From Microcoleus sp. (lineage in GTDB: Bacteria; Cyanobacteriota; Cyanobacteriia; Cyanobacteriales; Microcoleaceae), in NCBI GenBank assembly GCA_042408215.1, contig JAYFMW010000001.1:32001-96000 (forward strand): 64,000 nt of DNA, read 5' to 3'. This document shows, one piece after another, positions 20,557 to 30,558 of the stretch (within the stretch, counting starts at the first letter, position 1; each line of letters opens with the position of its first letter). The notes under the pieces are model-generated. The model had not been told where the DNA came from. It made no database searches and saw only the letters and a list, made by a program, of their open reading frames with translations. The position numbers and the translations under genes were made by a program.

Positions 20557-20707
20557 AAATTGAGCGCGAAAGAGTAAGGCTAAAAGTAAAAATTGAGGGT
20601 AGAGGAGAAAGGGTAAAAGTTAAGTTTCCCCGTTTTCCCTTACCCTTTCAAGTTACTCGCTCCCTAATTAAACGGTAACTAATTAAATAGATTTCAGGAG
20701 AAAAAAA

Positions 20708-20968
20708 ATGAATATTTTTGGCATTGGTTTGCCGGAAATGGCGGTAATTTTTACGATCGCCCTATTGGTATTCGGTCCGAAAAAATTGCCAGAAATCGGT
20801 CGCAGTATGGGGAAGGCAATTCGGGGCTTTCAGGATGCTTCGCGGGATTTTGAGTCGGAGTTTAAGCGGGAAACTAAGCAGTTAGAAGAAGCAGTCGCAA
20901 CTAGCAGCAAGCCGGACAATGAAAAAATCGCGGCCACTACTCCCAAGGAAGATACCGCAAACAGTTAA
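20708..20968 (+). CDS. tatA: Tat translocase TatA/E
   Basis: FGIGLPE...LLVFGPKKLPEIGRSMGKAIRGF. Confidence 0.95.
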   Translation: MNIFGIGLPEMAVIFTIALLVFGPKKLPEIGRSMGKAIRGFQDASRDFESEFKRETKQLEEAVATSSKPDNEKIAATTPKEDTANS

Positions 20969-21630
20969 TGAACAACACTCAGAAGTCGGAAACAACACCG
21001 GAGTTAGTGATTCCCCAGTTAATAGTTGGCTTGGGAAATCCCGAACAAAAGTACGATCGCACCCGACACAACATTGGTTTTAATGCTGTCGATGCCTTGG
21101 CTAAATCTTGGCATATTTCATTGTCGGAAAATCGCAAATTTCAAGGCATATTTGGCGAGGGAAATCGGCCGCGGGGACAGAAAATCCGCTTGCTGAAACC
21201 GCTGACTTATATGAATCTTTCCGGGCAAGCAATTCGGGCGGCGACGGATTGGTACAAAATACCTGCGGGGTCGGTGTTAGTAGTATACGATGATATGGAT
21301 TTGCCGATCGGGAAATTGAGAATGCGGCTTTCTGGTTCCGCAGGCGGGCACAATGGGATGAAATCGGCGATCGCTCATTTGGGCACAGACAAATTTCCCC
21401 GCTTGCGAATCGGCATTGGTAAACCTCAAAACGAAGCTTCTAAAAATGACAAAGATACCATTTCCTTCGTTTTAGGAAAATTTTCCTCTGAGGAAACCCA
21501 GTTAGTAGAGAAAGTCCTGAAACTGGTGGTAGACGCTGTGGAACTTAGCCTCCATCAAGGAGTAGAAAAATCCATGAGCCTTTACAATAGTCGCACGATC
21601 GCAGCCACAAACGCGGAAACAAAAGGGTGA
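20968..21630 (+). CDS. pth: Peptidyl-tRNA hydrolase
   Basis: LIVGLGNP, TRHNIGF, KPLTYMNLSG, SAGGHNG. Confidence 0.97.
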   Translation: MNNTQKSETTPELVIPQLIVGLGNPEQKYDRTRHNIGFNAVDALAKSWHISLSENRKFQGIFGEGNRPRGQKIRLLKPLTYMNLSGQAIRAATDWYKIPAGSVLVVYDDMDLPIGKLRMRLSGSAGGHNGMKSAIAHLGTDKFPRLRIGIGKPQNEASKNDKDTISFVLGKFSSEETQLVEKVLKLVVDAVELSLHQGVEKSMSLYNSRTIAATNAETKG

Positions 21631-21893
21631 GTTCGAGACGTTTACCTGAAACTACTGCATATGTCCGGGTTACTGGTCAATCTTGGCAAAAAGGCACGAT
21701 TGAAGGTGAAGTAACTGCCGGCAATTTTGAGTGGCTGTTTCAGTGGCGTTTTCGGGAAGAAAAAACACTGATACTTGAGCCTTCTCAAGGTAGGGCTTTG
21801 ATTCAGGAACCGCTGCACCGTTTTCTGGAAAAATGGGATTATCAATTAGAACCTGGTGGGGATTATTCGTTTACGGTTCGCGCTGAGTTTTGA
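21627..21893 (+). CDS. DUF3146-like cyanobacterial protein
   Basis: LPETTAYVRVT.QSW...PSQGRALIQEPL.RFLE..DYQLEPGGDY. Confidence 0.8.
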   Translation: MSSRRLPETTAYVRVTGQSWQKGTIEGEVTAGNFEWLFQWRFREEKTLILEPSQGRALIQEPLHRFLEKWDYQLEPGGDYSFTVRAEF

Positions 21894-21925
21894 TAATTTG
21901 GTAATTGGTAAATAACAACCAACAA

Positions 21926-22000
21926 ATGACTAATGACTAATGACTAATGACTAATGACTAATGACTAATGACTAATGACTAATGACTAATGACTAATGAC
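21926..22000. repeat. STRR heptamer tract (ATGACTA)n, about 10 units
   Basis: Directly visible; similar tracts near 19850, 30439 and 39278. Confidence 0.95.
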
Positions 22001-22804
22001 TGATTTTCGCATTCCCAAAGCCAATACACTCAAAAACAATAGCCCGATCGCCCCAGCTAGCGGATTGCCGTTAACTCCTGTCACCCAGTCGGGTACTGAG
22101 CCAGAATATCGCACTAATTGCCCGATGTTAATCATATAATATCCCCAGACTAAACCTGCATGAAAGCCGATCGACAAACCAAGGCGATTTTGGCGCGATC
22201 GCTTTCCCCCAACCAATATCAAACCCAGCAGCAACAACCCCGGAAACTGCGGCCAAGTCCGCAGCATTGCTGCCACAGGTTTGATAAAATGGGATAGGGC
22301 AAACAAAATGCTATTCGCCCACAGAGATACTCGATCGTTGTAGTCCCGCTGCAACTCGTCGAGCAACCAACCACGGAATACCAACTCCTCCGCAAAACCC
22401 ACTCCAAGGGCGCTTAATAGCCCTTCTGCGATGATTCTCGGCAAATTATCTGAATTTTGCCATGAGACGAAACCAAACAGTCCTTGCACCGCAAATAAGC
22501 TGAAAGTGAGAACAAGCCCGATCGCCAATCCAATTAAAAGCTCTAAACCATTCTGTCTGGTATTGATTAAACCATAGCTTTTCAGCAGTTGGGTTTGTCC
22601 GTAAACCTTTTTTCCCCAAAGTCGCACCAGGAACAGAAACTCTGTAAATAACAACGCCATAGTTAAAATAGTTGCGAGGTTGCTATCTTTAACTAACAAG
22701 TAAATTGGTGCTGCTAGCGGCAACCAGATGGATAATAAAGCTAACAGGAAAATTAGGATGCGCCAAAAAAATGGATAACTGGCTATTTTGGTAAATTTAG
22801 TCAT
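21986..22804 (-). CDS. CPBP/Abi (CAAX protease) family intramembrane protease
   Basis: AEELVFRG, LFALSH, IGFHAG. Confidence 0.93.
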   Translation of the reverse strand: MTKFTKIASYPFFWRILIFLLALLSIWLPLAAPIYLLVKDSNLATILTMALLFTEFLFLVRLWGKKVYGQTQLLKSYGLINTRQNGLELLIGLAIGLVLTFSLFAVQGLFGFVSWQNSDNLPRIIAEGLLSALGVGFAEELVFRGWLLDELQRDYNDRVSLWANSILFALSHFIKPVAAMLRTWPQFPGLLLLGLILVGGKRSRQNRLGLSIGFHAGLVWGYYMINIGQLVRYSGSVPDWVTGVNGNPLAGAIGLLFLSVLALGMRKSVISH

Positions 22805-22827
22805 TAACCCTCAAAAAACACGAGATT

Positions 22828-23538
22828 TGTTCGGAATTTTTTAACCACAGAGTTCACAGAGTTCACAGAGAGAGATTTGAGACAGATGAATCATTTTGCT
22901 TTTGATCTGTTCGGTTTTTTTTAACCACAGAGTTCACAGAGTTCACAGAGAGAGATTTGAGACAGATGAATCATTTTGCTTTTGATCTGTTCGGTTTTTT
23001 TTAACCACAGAGTTCACAGAGTTCACAGAGAGAGATTTGAGACAGATGAATCATTTTGCTTTCGATCTGTTCGGAATTTTTTAACCACAGAGTTCACAGA
23101 GAGAGATTTGAGACAGATGAATCATTTTGCTTTCGATCTGTTCGGAATTTTTTAACCACAGAGTTCACAGAGTTCACAGAGAGAGATTTGAGACAGATGA
23201 ATCATTTTGCTTTTGATCTGTTCGGAATTTTTTAACCACAGAGTTCACAGAGTTCACAGAGAGAGATTTGAGACAGATGAATCATTTTGCTTTCCATCTG
23301 TTCGGAATTTTTTAACCACAGAGTTCACAGAGTTCACAGAGAGAGATTTGAGACAGATGAATCATTTTGCTTTCGATCTGTTCGGAATTTTTTAACCACA
23401 GAGTTCACAGAGTTCACAGAGAGAGATTTGAGACAGATGAATCATTTTGCTTTCGATCTGTTCGGAATTTTTTAACCACAGAGTTCACAGAGTTCACAGA
23501 GAGAGATTTGAGACAGATGAATCATTTTGCTTTTGATC
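22828..23538. repeat. Tandem array of nine 80-bp units (one of 71 bp)
   Basis: GTTCGG starts at 22829, 22909, 22989, 23069, 23140, 23220, 23300, 23380 and 23460; no unique spacers. Confidence 0.95.
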
Positions 23539-23714
23539 GGAATTGATATTAAACTCATGTCTCCTAGCTAAATTCGGTTATAACTGAAATTGAGAGCTGT
23601 GAGCAATGGCTTACTACTACTTAGTGGACTCTGTACGAAGTAGCCAGAAACAGCTAGAATAGCATTGTATTGGCTAAAACTTTAAATAAAACAAAACTAT
23701 AAAATTAGGGAACA

Positions 23715-25163
23715 ATGACTGAAGAATCCGATTTCTCCAATGTCGATCGCGAATTAGATGACACAATTCTAAGCTTCTCAGATATTCAAGCAGAACTCAA
23801 CCTGCGCCACGCTAAAGATGCTTTGCGAGATATCGTAGCAAATCTGGACTTGACTCCCGGCGAGCGAACTGGGCTGGAGCCGGAAATTGGCGGCTTGGAG
23901 AAAATGCTCGACAAGCTAGAGCGCGCTTGCGTGCAAATTGCTGTGTTTGGGATGGTGGGAAGGGGTAAATCTTCGGTTTTGAACGCCCTGTTGGGTCAAA
24001 ATGTGTTTGAAACTGGCCCGACTCATGGGGTGACTCGCACTACAACTATTGGAGAGTGGGATTTCGGTGAGGGGATTGATGATAATTTGGGCGATCGATT
24101 TTCGCCGGTTATTTACCGTTTGTCGCAAGTTGAATTAATCGATACTCCGGGAATAGATGAAGTTGACGGCGAAACTCGCGAAATTTTGGCCCGCCGTGTT
24201 GCTAAACAGGCAGATTTGATTTTGTTTGTGGTGGCTGGCGATATTACGAAGGTGGAATATGAAGCTCTTTCGCAATTGCGGGAAGCCGGAAAACCCATGT
24301 TGTTAGTATTTAATAAAATTGACCAATATCCTGATGCAGACAGATTGGCAATTTATCACAAAATTAGGGACGAGCGAGTGCGAGAGTTGTTATCTCCCGC
24401 TGAAATTGTGATGGCGGCGGCGTCGCCTTTAACGGCGAATGCGGTGCGCCGCCCCGATGGCAGTATGGGCGTGAAAATGACTCGCGGTTTGCCGCAAGTT
24501 GAGGATTTAAAGTTAAAAATTTTGGAGATTTTAGATAGGGAAGGTAAGTCTTTGGTGGCGCTGAATACGATGCTCTGTGCAGGGGATATTAATGAGCAGT
24601 TGGTGCAGCGAAAAATGGAGATTCGAGATGATTCTGCTAACCGCATTATCTGGAATGGGGTAATGACGAAAGCGGTGGCGATCGCACTTAATCCAATTAC
24701 TGTAATTGATATCCTCAGTGGTGCGGTAATTGATGTGGTGATGATCTTAACTCTGTCTAAAGTTTACGGGATTGCGATGACGGAAGCGGGAGCCGTGGAG
24801 TTGTTGCAAAAAATTGCAATTAGTATGGGGGGAATTACGGCTGGGGAATTGGTGGCGAATTTTGGTTTGAGCTCTTTGAAAGGATTGTTGGGTTTGGCGA
24901 CTCCGGCGACGGGGGGTTTGGCTTTGGGCCCTTATTTGTCTGTAGCTGTGACGCAAGCTGCGATCGGAGGGGTTTCTTGCTACGGAATTGGTCAAGTTAC
25001 TAAGGCTTATTTGGCTAATGGTGCTTCTTGGGGAGATGATGGGCCAAAGGCTGTTGTGAGCAAGATTTTGTCTTCTTTGGATGAGGATTCTATTTTAAAT
25101 CGGATTAAGGATGAGTTGCGGGCTAAGTTGGATTTGAGAGGTGGGGAAAAACAGCAGTCTTAG
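23715..25163 (+). CDS. Era/HSR1-like GTP-binding protein with DUF697
   Basis: GMVGRGKS, DTPG, NKID and a hydrophobic C-terminal domain. Confidence 0.9.
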   Translation: MTEESDFSNVDRELDDTILSFSDIQAELNLRHAKDALRDIVANLDLTPGERTGLEPEIGGLEKMLDKLERACVQIAVFGMVGRGKSSVLNALLGQNVFETGPTHGVTRTTTIGEWDFGEGIDDNLGDRFSPVIYRLSQVELIDTPGIDEVDGETREILARRVAKQADLILFVVAGDITKVEYEALSQLREAGKPMLLVFNKIDQYPDADRLAIYHKIRDERVRELLSPAEIVMAAASPLTANAVRRPDGSMGVKMTRGLPQVEDLKLKILEILDREGKSLVALNTMLCAGDINEQLVQRKMEIRDDSANRIIWNGVMTKAVAIALNPITVIDILSGAVIDVVMILTLSKVYGIAMTEAGAVELLQKIAISMGGITAGELVANFGLSSLKGLLGLATPATGGLALGPYLSVAVTQAAIGGVSCYGIGQVTKAYLANGASWGDDGPKAVVSKILSSLDEDSILNRIKDELRAKLDLRGGEKQQS

Positions 25164-25297
25164 TGAGCATAAGGAAGGCACTCTTAGAGTGATTTTGACA
25201 GGGATACACGGATTAATTATCGAGGGTGAGGCATGAGTCAGGAGGCAGATGTTCAAGTCAGAAGTAAGAGGGAATAAGGAGCAATTATACAATAGGG

Positions 25298-25561
25298 CTA
25301 TTGCAAAACCTCGATCGCCTGAGCATTCATAGCCAGAGGATTTGAACTAGAGATTTGACCTCTGATCCTCACTGGTAAATCAGGGCGTAAGCTGCCGGGA
25401 TCGACCACTTGTCGCTGCTGAGTAATTTGAGTGTCTGAGCGAAGTACGACATGATAGAGAGCTGTCTGAGTCTGCACTGTCAACTGCAAAGGCCAGCTTT
25501 CCATAACCGTCATAATCTTGCCTTTAATTTCCATAGCTTTTTGAGTAGATAATTTCGTCAA
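25298..25561 (-). CDS. Small hypothetical protein downstream of the serine protease
   Basis: Co-oriented with the protease; start uncertain because a MITE lies in the 5' region. Confidence 0.5.
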   Translation of the reverse strand: MTKLSTQKAMEIKGKIMTVMESWPLQLTVQTQTALYHVVLRSDTQITQQRQVVDPGSLRPDLPVRIRGQISSSNPLAMNAQAIEVLQ

Positions 25562-25636
25562 CTTGTTAGTCGCGGTTGGTGAAGGTAAGCTGGTGGATTT
25601 GTCATGGGACTGACTAATACCATAGCTTGCCTTTAA

Positions 25637-25707
25637 TAGACATCTCCAAAAATGAATCTGAAATCCTTGTCCTGCTTAGACTGATCTGGAATTTATGGAG
25701 ATGTCTA
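25637..25707. mobile_element. 71-bp MITE-like element
   Basis: Perfect terminal inverted repeat TAGACATCTCCA...TGGAGATGTCTA with TA ends. Confidence 0.7.
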
Positions 25708-25720
25708 ATCAAGTTTGCCA

Positions 25721-26659
25721 CTAGAACCCTAGATTTCGCCAAGCCAGCATATTGTCAAATACTGGTTTAACAATCCTAGTCGCTGAGTTAGGACAGCCAC
25801 CATAAGCATGGATTCCAACCCCATGTCGTTGGCCATTCAACAAACGCCATACAGGGCTACCACTTTGTCCACCATAGGTGTCAACCATGTAATAGATTTT
25901 ACGATCGGTAACTTGAGTGATACGACCAGCATTAAACCATTGGGTGCCAAATGGCTTGTCACCTGGATAGCCAGAATTATTCACTGTTAGGTTGTTTAGT
26001 TCGCTGTCTGATAGATTAGCGAACCCAAAGTAGCCAACCCGATTACCTAGGTCATTATTCGGGAGAATGATCGCTCCATAGTCATAGTTGGGATTGGTGC
26101 TGTCTGTCCAGCCTTTTACACTGCGGAAGGAGGTACCAACCTGTGATCCGAAAGGACGACTGGCACTATCCATACCAGGAATGACTTCAATCTTCTGCGC
26201 CCATCCTCCAGCACCTTTGCTATAAACGCAGTGTCCAGCCGTCATCACGGTTCGTGGGCCAATAAACCATCCTGTTCCAATAAATCTTCCCCCAGGGAAT
26301 GTGATAATGAGTTGACATATCCATCGCCAAGGGATATTAGTAGCAGGTGAAATCCGAACTCGATCGTCTCGACCACAGACTGTTTCTGGTTCTAAAAATT
26401 CCAAAGTGGCCGCATCTTGCAAGGCTTCGAGTTCTTTTGTGATTGGTACTTCCTGTGCTTCAGTGCCTTCTCGTAATGCTCGAGCAGGATCGAAACCAGT
26501 TACTGACTCAATCTCGCCTATACCAGAAGTTCCTGCGAACTCGGCGACAAACAAGTCATCTGCCGTTTCTTGTGACTCAGGCTCACTTGAAACCCCTTGG
26601 TCTCCTTCTGCTTCTGTGTTCTGTATGCTTTCGGATGAGACGCTTTCATGGTTCGACAT
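25721..26659 (-). CDS. Glutamyl-endopeptidase-like (V8/S1B) serine protease
   Basis: TAGHC, DYG, GYPGDK, GGQSGSP; AAGGAG before the ATG at 26659. Confidence 0.92.
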   Translation of the reverse strand: MSNHESVSSESIQNTEAEGDQGVSSEPESQETADDLFVAEFAGTSGIGEIESVTGFDPARALREGTEAQEVPITKELEALQDAATLEFLEPETVCGRDDRVRISPATNIPWRWICQLIITFPGGRFIGTGWFIGPRTVMTAGHCVYSKGAGGWAQKIEVIPGMDSASRPFGSQVGTSFRSVKGWTDSTNPNYDYGAIILPNNDLGNRVGYFGFANLSDSELNNLTVNNSGYPGDKPFGTQWFNAGRITQVTDRKIYYMVDTYGGQSGSPVWRLLNGQRHGVGIHAYGGCPNSATRIVKPVFDNMLAWRNLGF

Positions 26660-26874
26660 ATTAATCTCCTTCTGAATCAGAAATTGGGGAGTTGCTAAAT
26701 CAGGAGATGAATTGATGACTGTAAGTCCTAAACTCTCGTTCACAACCAGACAAAATCATCCCTAACTGCTCTAATGCTCCTCAAAATAAACTTGGGAAAC
26801 AATACGATGATCCGCGTATAGGATTATGAAGACATTGCAACAATTGCTTCTTTAAAATTAGATAAATTAATTAT

Positions 26875-26915
26875 AAAAAAAATGGCGTTTGTACTTGACA
26901 AACGCCATTTTTTTT
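26875..26915. terminator. Bidirectional-type intrinsic terminator
   Basis: AAAAAAAATGGCGTTTGT-acttg-ACAAACGCCATTTTTTTT directly after the stop at 26917. Confidence 0.85.
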
Positions 26916-26916
26916 G

Positions 26917-28596
26917 TTAAGAACGCGGCGTTTTATCTTGTTTAAATGCCGCTAACCATTCGCGAATTTGCTCGGACGCAATGTCGCGCCCGCCCAAACC
27001 AAAAGCTAGAGCAATCCCCACCGCGATCGCCCCCAGCAGCAGCCCGAAAGCCAAATTCACAATATCGCTACCAATGCCCATCTGTTGCAGCGCCAAGGCC
27101 GAAACAAAGGCAATAATCGCGATCCGAGCCGTTTGACCCAACAACCGCGCTTGGCGAGTTCCAGAACTGGCAATCAAATTAAACGCCAGATTCGCCAAAT
27201 ACAGGCCGATCGCAAATACGATCAAACCAGACAAAACCTGACCTGCAACCAGCACAATACCGCTGACAATCGCCGTCAGCGCCGGAATCCGCAGCACGTC
27301 GGTAGCAGCCACCACCGCAAACAGGATAATACCCACCTGCACCACAATCCCCACAAACTCAGAAGGCGTGCGGGCAGGAACTTCTGGTTCCGACTGGAGT
27401 ACCGTTGCATCGGGATCTAGCTCGTTCTGCGCGATCGACAGCGGCTGCTTCGGCGACACTCCCAACCAAGAAAAGACATTATTAAAGCCCATTCCGGTCA
27501 GGATATGAGTCACCAAATCGCCTACCCAGCGCCCCAAAATGTAAGCAACCGCCAGAATCAGCGCTGCTGTAAAAATTTTGGGAACCGCGCCCAAAATGTC
27601 GTTGAGCATCGCGATTGCTGGCTGCGAAATCGCCTGGATGTCCAAAGCGTTGAGAGCTGCGATCGCCGTTGGAATCAAAATCAAAACATAGACGATCGTC
27701 CCGACAATCCACGACAGCGATTGACCGCCCGCAGTCCGCGAAATTCCGAACCGAGCGCCCAAACTGTCCGCCCCAGCCGCCGTCAGCAGATTCGTGACAA
27801 TCCGCCGCACCACTTGAGCCAGCAGCCAGCCCACAAACCCAATCAGCACCGCTTCCAAAATCTTGGGAATAGCAGCCAGAATTTGGTTGAGCAAATTATT
27901 CACCGGCAGCAGAGCCTGAGACAATTGCAGGGAGTCGAGAATCAGCGGCAAAAACAGCAGAAAAATGAACCAGTACAGCGCATTCGCCAGAGTATCGCTC
28001 AGCAGCAAAGGACTCTCGCTGGGCCCAGTACCCACCTGCTGATTCAACCGCTCGTCCACGCTAAAAGTCCCCATCGTCCGCGATACGGCCAATTTGGCGA
28101 CTGTTGCTAACACCCAAGCAATCCCCAACCAAATTAGCGCGCCGCCTAACTTCGGCAAGAAACCGGTAATTTGATTGAGAAAAGTATTGAGCGGTTGCGA
28201 GACAGCCGTTAGATTTAGCTGGTTGAAAAAGGCAACTATGAAAAAGATAAAAATGATCCAGAACACGACTGCGGAAATCCACTTTTCCACTGGCGGTGCT
28301 CCAGCTCCTTCCGGGCGGCCGGTAATCCAAGCAGCCAGCCGATTGTCGATCGTAGTCTTCTTGAGCAGTCCCCCGACTAAAGATGAGACAAGGGCTGACA
28401 CTATCAATCCAATTAGCAGAATAACTATGGCCAAGATCAGATTTCCAATGTTTGATCCCGGAAATAGATTGTTAATTCCGCGTTCGGCTGCTGTCAGCGG
28501 ATTCGCGGCGGGCTGCCCCTGTGCCAAAATTCGATCGGACACAACCGCTATTCGGGCCCAGGTCGGTTGAGTTATTTCTTGCCAAGTTTCATTCAT
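26917..28596 (-). CDS. TM-helix-repeat / mechanosensitive-channel-like (CmpX-like) membrane protein
   Basis: Repeated L..L.L..P...LLNQIL..IPK units; C-terminal ALAFGLGGRD. Confidence 0.88.
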   Translation of the reverse strand: MNETWQEITQPTWARIAVVSDRILAQGQPAANPLTAAERGINNLFPGSNIGNLILAIVILLIGLIVSALVSSLVGGLLKKTTIDNRLAAWITGRPEGAGAPPVEKWISAVVFWIIFIFFIVAFFNQLNLTAVSQPLNTFLNQITGFLPKLGGALIWLGIAWVLATVAKLAVSRTMGTFSVDERLNQQVGTGPSESPLLLSDTLANALYWFIFLLFLPLILDSLQLSQALLPVNNLLNQILAAIPKILEAVLIGFVGWLLAQVVRRIVTNLLTAAGADSLGARFGISRTAGGQSLSWIVGTIVYVLILIPTAIAALNALDIQAISQPAIAMLNDILGAVPKIFTAALILAVAYILGRWVGDLVTHILTGMGFNNVFSWLGVSPKQPLSIAQNELDPDATVLQSEPEVPARTPSEFVGIVVQVGIILFAVVAATDVLRIPALTAIVSGIVLVAGQVLSGLIVFAIGLYLANLAFNLIASSGTRQARLLGQTARIAIIAFVSALALQQMGIGSDIVNLAFGLLLGAIAVGIALAFGLGGRDIASEQIREWLAAFKQDKTPRS

Positions 28597-28661
28597 TGTT
28601 TTCTCAGGTTAACGTCAGATTTGACAGGGAAAATAAGAAACTGTAAGAATAGTTACAGGTT

Positions 28662-29900
28662 TTATAGGCAAATATTACACTTGCCTGGAGCCACCGTTTT
28701 GTAAGGTGTTACCCTTACCGGACGTACTACTACGCCCTGTATTCCCTCAGCAAAAGCGTTGGGAAATGCTTTTTTGATAATATTAGCACTGCCATTCACA
28801 TCCGCATTGATCAGCCTGCCATCACCAGCACGAAACAAACCTCGCTTAATTCGCTTACCTTTATACTCTGAATGCTTGACACAGGGTTCATTATCCAAAA
28901 AAGAACACTTTGAAGTGTAACTTTCTTCAATAACATTCACAGCAATTCCTGCTAAATGCGCTTTGTAAGTTAGCATTTCAATAAACCTTTCATGAGGTAT
29001 GGCTACGAAATTCTGATTATTCCGCTGGCCGAGATTTATGCCCTGTTTCCAGTTATCGTTTTTACCAATCACCAGTGTCCCGATTCGGTTAGCTGCCAGA
29101 TGATTGACGATAAATCTACTTGCATTATGCAGGTAATTATCTACTTTTACATTACGCTTATGAGTTAATTGTTCAATTTTGATTGATACCTTTATCTCCT
29201 CCTTCAAGTATGACTGCAATACTGCTTTCTTTTTGTGATAGTAGGCATTGATTGATTTGAGCGGTTTGCCATTTACTATCAGCGGGACAAACCCTTTTTG
29301 ATTAGATGTAATTGTCGCTAAGTTATTGAGGCCAATATCAATCCCTGCTATCCCTTCAACGCCTGATGCTGATTGAGTTACATCCTTCGGTTCGTAAACC
29401 ACCTCTATGGAGTAATGGTAAGTTTTTGGAACGATTCTGACTTGATTTACTTTGCCGACTTTAGTCGTCAGAAATATGTCAGTCAAAGACAGATTGATTA
29501 TCCCTTTTTTGAGCCATTTTTTACTGATGGCTTGAGCCGTGTAAGTCACGACATTTCTGCCTAATGTTTTGTGTTTGTATCTGGGTATTTTGGGTCTGGC
29601 TTTGAATTTATCTGGATGTAGGTTATATTCCTTGGTAGCTGCAAAAAAAGATTGCCAGCTTTCATGTAATCTCAATAATACTTGCTGAGATACTTTGGCT
29701 GGTAATCCTAGATAGTCAGTCGTTCCCTGACAGAGTTTCTGTATTTTGTAATAATCGAGGTATTCTCCTGAGCTGATGAATTTTTGTCGGATCTGGTAGT
29801 TAGCGTAGTTAAAAAGATTCTTAGAAAGAAAGCACAAATTATCTAGCTGCTTGTATAGCCAGTGGTTTCGATCGATCGTGTGCTTGGAAACTAGCTGCAT
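28662..29900 (-). CDS. tnpB: Solo TnpB of the rearranged RuvC-II type, lacking the CxxC pairs
   Basis: GIDIGLNNL, LVIGKN..WKQ, IEESYTSKCS, INADVNGSANII; short TATAG repeats upstream resemble IS607-type ends. Confidence 0.9.
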   Translation of the reverse strand: MQLVSKHTIDRNHWLYKQLDNLCFLSKNLFNYANYQIRQKFISSGEYLDYYKIQKLCQGTTDYLGLPAKVSQQVLLRLHESWQSFFAATKEYNLHPDKFKARPKIPRYKHKTLGRNVVTYTAQAISKKWLKKGIINLSLTDIFLTTKVGKVNQVRIVPKTYHYSIEVVYEPKDVTQSASGVEGIAGIDIGLNNLATITSNQKGFVPLIVNGKPLKSINAYYHKKKAVLQSYLKEEIKVSIKIEQLTHKRNVKVDNYLHNASRFIVNHLAANRIGTLVIGKNDNWKQGINLGQRNNQNFVAIPHERFIEMLTYKAHLAGIAVNVIEESYTSKCSFLDNEPCVKHSEYKGKRIKRGLFRAGDGRLINADVNGSANIIKKAFPNAFAEGIQGVVVRPVRVTPYKTVAPGKCNICL

Positions 29901-29989
29901 TGTTTTGCGGTCTTTTTTGACTATACTATACTATAAATGGCTATAAAGTTAATGAAGTTTTACAATACGCTTCTAGCTTGCAGGTTTCC

Positions 29990-30433
29990 ATGTCAATTCG
30001 TCAAGTTTTCGAGCAATCAATTGAAATTCGCGCTGCTGCTACCTTGGTGGAGCGCTGTATCGCCGATCGCACTTTAATGCACAAATGGCTCAATCCAGTG
30101 CTCCGCTGCGAGCCTGTCGGCGAATGGGATACTGCTATCGGAAGTCGCAGCCTATTTATCATACAAATTCCGCTTTGGCAACCCACTTTAGAGAGTATTG
30201 TGTTAGAGCGAGAACCTGGTTTAATTGTTTGGGGGTTTGACGGATTTTTCAAAGGGTGCGATCGCTGGGAATGTCAGCCGCAAATCCAAGGAACACTTTT
30301 GATTAACCGCTTTGAATTTGAGATTCCCAATCCTTTAATTCGATATGGTTTCAATCGCTTTGCAGCCCCTTGGACGCAGAAAGATATGAAAGACCAACTT
30401 CGCCGCCTTAAACGAGTAGCAGAGCAATTATAA
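29990..30433 (+). CDS. SRPBCC/polyketide cyclase family protein
   Basis: VFEQSIEI.A...LMHKWLNP.L...W.FDGFF.G.DRWEC. Confidence 0.8.
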   Translation: MSIRQVFEQSIEIRAAATLVERCIADRTLMHKWLNPVLRCEPVGEWDTAIGSRSLFIIQIPLWQPTLESIVLEREPGLIVWGFDGFFKGCDRWECQPQIQGTLLINRFEFEIPNPLIRYGFNRFAAPWTQKDMKDQLRRLKRVAEQL

Positions 30434-30558
30434 CCGAAGTCATTAGTCATTAGTCATTAGTCATTAGTCAACAGTTAACTGTTAACTGTTGACTAATGAC
30501 TGTCATTAGTCAACAGTTAACAGTTAACTGTCAACAATGCCCAATGCCCAATGCCCAA

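Noticed and set aside
22828..23538. Possible CRISPR array
   Set aside because: Units are near-identical over their full length, with no unique spacers and no cas genes in the window
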